A stretch of 64,000 nt of DNA, from assembly GCA_963825525.1 (NCBI GenBank), contig CAWGTN010000002.1, positions 1,088,001 to 1,152,000 on the forward strand, given 5' to 3'. This DNA is from an uncultured Chloroflexia bacterium (GTDB taxonomy: Bacteria; Chloroflexota; Limnocylindria; QHBO01). Below, one piece after another: positions 56,604 through 64,000 of the stretch; position 1 is the first letter of the stretch, and the number at the start of each line of letters is the position of its first letter. Under the pieces are notes generated by a model. It saw nothing but the letters and a program-made list of their open reading frames with translations, ran no database searches and was not told the origin of the DNA. Both the position numbers and the translations under genes were made by a program.

Positions 56604-56612
56604 GAAGGGACG

Positions 56613-58473
56613 ATGCCGAGCACCCGGTCCTGGCGCGCGATCATCGGGGCGATTGTCATCGCCGGCATCCTCGCGACCGGGGCTGTTCTCGGCGTGGCGC
56701 GCCCATGGGACACCGGGTCAGCATGTCCCGCACCGACGGAGCATCCCGAGTGGAGCGTGGCTCGGCGCTGGGACGAGGCGCTGCTTGACGCCATCCGCCG
56801 CGCACTCCCCGCGCCGACCGTCCACGCGCGGAACCTGTACCACGCCTCCGCCGCGATGTGGGACGCCTGGGCGGCGTACGACCCGACGGCATCGGGCATC
56901 TTCGTGACCGACAAGGTCCGGGCCGCCGACGTGGCGGCCGCCCGCGATGAGGCGATCAGCTATGCCGCCTACGGCGTCCTGAGCCGTCGCTATGTCGACT
57001 CCGTGGGCGGCGACGAGTCACTCTCCGAGTTCGCCGATGTCATGGACGCGCTCTGCCATCCGCTCGATCCGGCCGTCATCGGTGCCGACTCGCCGGCGGC
57101 GCTCGGCAGCCGCATCGCGGAGGCGGTGCTTGCCGCCACGGCCGACGATCATTCGAACGAGGCCAACGGCTACGCCCCGCTGGACTATGAGCCGGTGAAT
57201 GCGCCGCTGGTGGTGGACGGGTCGACGATCGAGCTGGCGGACCCGAACCGCTGGCAGCCACTCCAGATCGAGCACATGGTCTCGCAGAACGGCATCCCGG
57301 TCGTGAACGGGGTCCAGCAGGCGATCGGGCCCCACTGGGGCCACGTGACGCCGTTCGCGGTGGCCCCGGGCGGGGCGAGCGGCGTGCCCATCGACCCCGG
57401 TCCGCCCCCTCGATTCGGCTCCCGCGAGTACCGGGACCAGGCAGTCGACGTCCTCCGCCTCAGCAGCTTCCTGGATCCGGCCGATCCGACGACGGTCGAC
57501 GTGTCGCCCGCGGCCCTCGGCAACAACTCGCTCGGCACGAATGACGGCGAGGGCCACTCGATCAACCCGATCACCGGCGAGCCCTACGAACCGGAGGTCG
57601 TCCGCCGGGCGGACTTTGGCCGCGCCCTGGCCGAGTTCTGGGCGGACGGACCGAGGTCCGAGACGCCGCCCGGGCACTGGAACGTGATCGCCAACAGCGT
57701 CGGCGACGAGCTCGGGGCCGATCTCCGCATCGGTGGCGGCGGGCCGCCCGTCGATCGGCTCGAGTGGGACGTCAAGGCCTACCTGGCGCTCAACGGAGCC
57801 GTCCACGACGCAGCCATTGCCGCGTGGGGCCTCAAGGGCCACTACGACTCGATCCGGCCGATCTCGATGATCCGCTACCTCGGCAGCCTCGGCCAGTCGA
57901 GTGACCCGCAGGCACAGGCCTATGACCCTGACGGGCTGCCCCTGGTAGACGACCTGGTCGAGGTCATCACCGACGGGACCACCGCGTCGGGCGAGCGCCA
58001 CGAGGACCTCGCGGGCCATGAGGGCGAGATCGCGGTGCGGGCGTGGGCAGGACCTCCAGATGACCCGCAGACCCAGGCGGGCGGCGTGCGCTGGATGCTC
58101 GCCACCGAATGGGTCCCCTACCAGCAGCCGACCTTCGTCACGCCCTCGTTTCCCGGCTATGTGTCCGGCCACAGCACGTTCAGCCGGGCGGCCTCCGAGG
58201 TGCTCACGAGCCTGACCGGCAGCGAGTACTTCCCGGGCGGCTTGAGTGTCTACACCGTGGAAGCCGGCGAACTGAAGTTCGAGAGCGGCCCCGCCACCAC
58301 CATGCGGCTGCAATGGGCGACCTTCGCCGATGCCGCCGACCAGGCCGGCCGTTCGCGGCTATGGGGCGGGATTCACATCGAGGCCGATGACCTTGGCCGG
58401 GCGTCGTGCCGGGTCGGCCTGCGGCCAAGCGGCCTGGGCACGTGCCATGGCGATCTTCGGGTCCGGTTCGTGA
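56613..58473 (+). CDS. Secreted/membrane-anchored vanadium-dependent haloperoxidase-like (PAP2 superfamily) protein; +1 frameshift near 58395
   Basis: PTVHARNL, EFWADGP, KGHYDSIRPIS, PSFPGYVSGHSTFS, SRLWGGIH vanadate/phosphate-binding motifs. The natural C-terminus AGRRAG...AWARAMAIF is in the +1 frame with TGA at 58471-58473. Confidence 0.8.
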
Positions 58474-60134
58474 CGGGCCGTCTCGCGGCGTCGAGACGCG
58501 TGATGGCAGGGGTCGGCATCGTCGCCCTGCTGGGAGGCGGGGCGGCATTGATCGGCCTGCGGGAAGACACCACCACCCCGACCGCTGCGCTCGGCGCGCC
58601 GAGATTCGTGGACGAGGCGGCATCGGGCGGCCTCACCCACACATACACGGGCGACACGCCGTTCTTCGTTGGCGGCGGACTCGCCTCCCTCGATTGCGAC
58701 GCGGATGGCCTTTCCGATCTCTTTCTCGCCGGGGGCAGCCGGCCTGCTGCCCTGTACCGCAATCGCAGCCAGATCGGTGGAGCGCTCAGCTTCGAGCGAC
58801 TTCCGGATGCGGCGACTGACCTGGCCGAAGTGACCGGCGCCTATCCACTCGACATTGACAGCGATGGCACCACGGATCTCGCCGTTCTCCGCGCCGGCGA
58901 GAATGTTCTCCTGCGCGGACTCGGCGACTGCCGTTTCGAGCGCGCCAACGAACCCTGGGGCTTCTCGGGCGGAACTGCTCGAACCATGGCGTTCAGCGCG
59001 ACCTGGGAGGGTTCGGCCGCCCTGCCGACGCTCGCGATCGGCGACTACATCGCGGTTGATGAGCTGGGGACCCCACTGCCCCCGTGCCCGGACAACGAGC
59101 TGCATCGCCCGCTGGCCAATGGGAGCGGGTATGGCCCTCCGACACCACTCGGCCCCGGCTACTGCCCGCTCTCGATGCTGTTCAGCGACTGGGACCGCTC
59201 CGGCCGACGCGACCTGAGGATCAGCAACGACCGGCAGTACTACACCGACGGCCAGGAGCAGCTGTGGCGGATCGAGCAGGGGTCGGCGCCGGCGGCCTAC
59301 ACCGCCGACGACGGATGGGCCAGGATGCAGATCTGGGGGATGGGAATCGCGAGTCGCGACGTCACCGGCGACGGATATCCGGAGGTCTACCTCACGAGCC
59401 AGGGCGACAACAAGCTGCAGACACTGACGGCCGGCACATCCCAGCCGGCGTTCCGGGACATCGCCGCGCGTCGTGGCGTGAATGCGGCGCAGCCGTTCAC
59501 CGGCGGGGAGGCCCTGCCGTCGACGGCCTGGCATCCCGAGTTCGCCGACGTCAACAACGACGGCTTCGCCGACCTCTTCGTGAGCAAGGGCAACGTCAGC
59601 CAGCAGGAGGGCTACGCGACGCGCGATCCGAGCGAGCTGCTCCTGGGTCAGCCGGACGGGACGTTCTCCCAGGCGGCCGATGCAGCGGGGATCGTTCGCT
59701 ACGACCGCGGTCGTGGCGCGGCGCTGGTCGACCTCAACCTCGACGGGCTGCCCGATCTGGTGGAGGTGTTCCTCGACGCGCCCGTGGGACTGTGGCGCAA
59801 TGTCGGGTCGGGCACCGCGTCAGATCCCGCGCCGATGGGGCACTGGATCCAGGTGCGTCTCGAGCAGCCGGCACCCAATCGCGACGCGGTCGGAGCCTGG
59901 ATCGAGACGCGCATCGGCGAGACGACGATCCTCCAGGAGGTCACCGTGGGGGGCGGCCACCTCAGCGGAGAGGCAGGCTGGACCCATGTCGGCATCGGGC
60001 CCTCGCAGCGCGCCGAGGTGCGGGTGACATGGCCGGACGGCGAGATGGGCGCATGGCAGACGATCGATGCCGACGAGTTCGCGGTGATCGAGCGAGACGC
60101 CGATGGTCCACGCAGCTGGGCGCCGTCGCGGTGA
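58470..60134 (+). CDS. CRTAC1-like FG-GAP/VCBS beta-propeller + ASPIC/UnbV domain protein
   Basis: Own GTG overlapping the upstream TGA; hydrophobic N-terminus; repeated DxDxDGxxDL motifs; NRDAVGA and C-terminal EVRVTWPDG. Confidence 0.82.
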   Translation: MTGRLAASRRVMAGVGIVALLGGGAALIGLREDTTTPTAALGAPRFVDEAASGGLTHTYTGDTPFFVGGGLASLDCDADGLSDLFLAGGSRPAALYRNRSQIGGALSFERLPDAATDLAEVTGAYPLDIDSDGTTDLAVLRAGENVLLRGLGDCRFERANEPWGFSGGTARTMAFSATWEGSAALPTLAIGDYIAVDELGTPLPPCPDNELHRPLANGSGYGPPTPLGPGYCPLSMLFSDWDRSGRRDLRISNDRQYYTDGQEQLWRIEQGSAPAAYTADDGWARMQIWGMGIASRDVTGDGYPEVYLTSQGDNKLQTLTAGTSQPAFRDIAARRGVNAAQPFTGGEALPSTAWHPEFADVNNDGFADLFVSKGNVSQQEGYATRDPSELLLGQPDGTFSQAADAAGIVRYDRGRGAALVDLNLDGLPDLVEVFLDAPVGLWRNVGSGTASDPAPMGHWIQVRLEQPAPNRDAVGAWIETRIGETTILQEVTVGGGHLSGEAGWTHVGIGPSQRAEVRVTWPDGEMGAWQTIDADEFAVIERDADGPRSWAPSR

Positions 60135-61505
60135 GCGCGCGGCTGGCCGACATCGTCCTGCCCGAGTTCGGAATGCCGGACCGCATGCCGGAGATCCCGG
60201 CGGCGACCTACGCCGACCGCATGCGACGGTTCAGCGAGCGGGCCGATGCCGCCGGCCTGGACCGCGTGCTGGTGTACGCGGACCGCGAGCACAGCGCCAA
60301 CATCTCCTACCTGACCGGGTTCGACCCGCGGTTCGAGGAGGCGCTGCTCGTCGTCGGGCCGGCCAATGAGCCGGCCATCCTGGTCGGAAACGAGTGCTTC
60401 GGCATGGCCGGCGCCGCCCCGCTCCCGATGCGCCGGCATCTCTTCCAGGACTTCAGCCTGCCGAGCCAGCCGCGCGACCGATCGCGAACCCTGCGCGAGC
60501 TCCTGTCCGAGGAGGGCGTGGCCGCGGGGAGCCGGATCGGCCTTGTCGGCTGGAAGACCTACGGCGACCCCGGACGCAGCGACCTCCCGAGCTACGTGGT
60601 GGACGAGGTCCGCGACCTGGTGGGTGACAAGGGAACGGTGACGAACGCCACCGACATCCTCATCGACGCCGCCGATGGCCTGAGGATCATCAACGAGCCG
60701 GAGCAGCTTGCGGCATTCGAGTGGGCCAGCTGCCAGACCTCGGAGGGTGTGCGGCGGCTGCTCGCCGGCATCGAGCCCGGGATGACCGAGCGGGAGGCCG
60801 TCCGCCTGCTCGGCTGGAACGGCTGGCCGCTGTCCTGCCACCTCATGCTCAGCGCCGGGCCACGGGCCTCGTTCGGGCTGCTGAGCCCGAGCGATCGCCC
60901 GATCGAGCGAGGCGATCGCTTCACCGTGGCCTTCGGCATCTGGGGCGCGCTCACGTGCCGAGCCGGCTTCGTGGTCGAGTCTGCCGATGAGCTCGCGGCC
61001 CCCATCCGCGACTACGTGGATCGCCTCGTGGCGCCCTACTTCGCTGCGATTGCCGAGTGGTACTCCACGATCCGCATCGGCGTCACCGGCGGCGCGCTCG
61101 ACGAGATCGTGCGGCAGGCACCTGGGCGACCCGTTCTTCGGCATATTCCTGAACCCGGGCCACCAGCTCCACCTCGACGAGTGGGTGAACTCGCCCATCG
61201 GGCCCGGCTCGACGGTCGAGCTGCGCTCGGGCATGTGCTTCCAGGTCGACGTCATCCCGGCCACGGGCACCGACTACTTCACGACGAACATCGAAGACGG
61301 CATCGCCCTCGCCGATGCTTCGCTGCGCGGCGAGCTGGCCGATCGCTTCCCGGAGGCCTGGCGGCGGATCGAGCGACGTCGCGCGTTCATGGCCGATCAG
61401 CTCGGGATCGAGCTGCATCCAGACGTCCTGCCGCTCTCGAATCTCGCGGCGCACCTTCCGCCGTTCCTGTTGCGGCCGGACCGGGCCATGACGATGCGGC
61501 CGTGA
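60131..61505 (+). CDS. Creatinase/M24 aminopeptidase-fold protein of unknown function; +1 frameshift near 61115
   Basis: VYADREHSANISYLTGFDPRFEEAL N-domain; LNPGHQLHLDEW...FQVDVIP...NIEDG C-domain in the +1 frame. Confidence 0.72.
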
Positions 61506-62368
61506 GGGAGGTCCTCGTCGCGTCCGACGCGCTCGAGGCCGTGCTTCTGCCCGAAGTCGGCGCGCGGCTGCATCGGCTGCGCGCCTTCGGCGTCGACCTC
61601 CTGCGGACGCCGCCCGACCCCGCGACCCACGCGGACGATCCGTTCTTCTGGGGCTGCTACGTCCTGGCGCCGTGGGGCAACCGTCTCGATCCCGGCCCGA
61701 CCGTCGTCGCTGGCGGGACGGTTGACCTGGAGCCGAACTTCGACGACGGCTCCGCCATCCACGGCCAGGTGTACGCCCGCCCCTGGGAGGTCGTGGGCGA
61801 TGGCCGCCTGCGGGTTGCCGGTGGAGGTGACGGCTGGCCGTGGCCGTACGAGGTCACGCTCGACGTGACCGCGGTTGATCTGACGCTCACGCTGCACCTC
61901 GAGCTCCGAAACCTCGGCGACTCGCCGATGCCGGCGGGGCTCGGCCTCCACCCCTGGTTCCGACGGCCGGTGCGCGTCGCGGTGCACGCCGCCTCGGTCT
62001 TCCCCTCGAACGCGGAACCAGAGCCGGTTCCCGAGGCCGTCGAGGGTGCGCTCGATCTGCGCGAGCTGGGCACGATGGCCGACGACCTGGACGCAACATG
62101 GGCCGAACTCGCTGATCCGCCGGTCGACCTCGCCTGGCCCGAGGACGGCATCACCGCGCGGCTCGAGTTCGACGCGCCGGCGCGCTACGTCACGGCTGCC
62201 AGCCCGTCCGGCCTCGGGGCCATCGCGGTCGAGCCACAGACTCACGTGCCGCAGGGGCTGCGCCGGCTGCGTGACGGACAGAGCGGCGGCCTCGCGCTGC
62301 TCGCCCCCGGCGAGACGCTTCCACTCTCGGTCCGACTCACGCTCGGCCAGGTGACTGTCGACACCTGA
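61502..62368 (+). CDS. Aldose 1-epimerase (GalM-like mutarotase)
   Basis: LAPWGNRL, AIHGQV, GLGLHPWF, AVEPQT. GTG overlaps the upstream TGA. Confidence 0.82.
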   Translation: MREVLVASDALEAVLLPEVGARLHRLRAFGVDLLRTPPDPATHADDPFFWGCYVLAPWGNRLDPGPTVVAGGTVDLEPNFDDGSAIHGQVYARPWEVVGDGRLRVAGGGDGWPWPYEVTLDVTAVDLTLTLHLELRNLGDSPMPAGLGLHPWFRRPVRVAVHAASVFPSNAEPEPVPEAVEGALDLRELGTMADDLDATWAELADPPVDLAWPEDGITARLEFDAPARYVTAASPSGLGAIAVEPQTHVPQGLRRLRDGQSGGLALLAPGETLPLSVRLTLGQVTVDT

Positions 62369-62441
62369 AGCGTGATGCCCCGACCCCCGGCAAGATGCGC
62401 TCGCACGAGTCTTGCGGGGGATGGGGCGTATGGTTACTGAC

Positions 62442-64000
<1,559 letters not shown>

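Noticed and set aside
58386-58400. Programmed +1 ribosomal frameshift at CTT-G
   Set aside because: No stop or hungry codon after CTT and no internal Shine-Dalgarno. Four other similar +1 breaks have unrelated contexts, which favours sequence error.
56613-60134. 1173-aa haloperoxidase-CRTAC1 fusion ORF
   Set aside because: The junction peptide is non-conserved. The natural VHPO C-terminus and stop lie in the +1 frame, and the second gene has its own GTG and hydrophobic leader. The fusion results from one extra base near 58395.
59084-62368. 1094-aa ORF
   Set aside because: Chimera of an off-frame CRTAC1 overlap, the M24 N-half, an off-frame stretch after the 61115 frameshift, and the aldose epimerase.

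Overview
High-GC (roughly 70% by eye) bacterial chromosome segment, gene-dense, with no integrase, transposase, phage or CRISPR signal. Gene content suggests a monoderm, most likely Chloroflexota (Limnocylindria-like) or an actinobacterium; this is inference and was not tested. The window has three blocks. (1) About 1-47 kb is a cell-envelope region interleaved with housekeeping genes (ppa, glnA, tRNA-Pro, rph, rdgB, mazG). It encodes a TagO/WecA-type initiating transferase, five GT4 glycosyltransferases, a GT2, a Wzx flippase, a Wzy_C/O-antigen-ligase-like protein and an LCP ligase. It also encodes a complete WbpA/B/E/D/I-type pathway for UDP-2,3-diacetamido-mannuronate directly downstream of mreB-mreC (no mreD/pbp2/rodA), a multi-parvulin foldase, and four secreted proteins each ending in a triple CWB2 (cell_wall_binding_2) anchor (S8 protease, CAP, GH18, unknown domain). 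Together these look like a Clostridioides-like CWB2/secondary-wall-polymer anchoring system built on a different polymer. (2) About 47-62 kb is a xylose regulon (xylA, xylB, xylFGH, ROK repressor, three recognisable TTTG-N13-CAAA operators). Its divergent arm carries an SDR, a Gfo/Idh/MocA dehydrogenase, a secreted vanadium-haloperoxidase-like protein, a CRTAC1/ASPIC-UnbV protein, an M24-fold protein and an aldose 1-epimerase. (3) The 5' part of glgB. Five genes carry single +1 frameshifts (probably consensus errors), two of which create false fusion ORFs in the supplied track.
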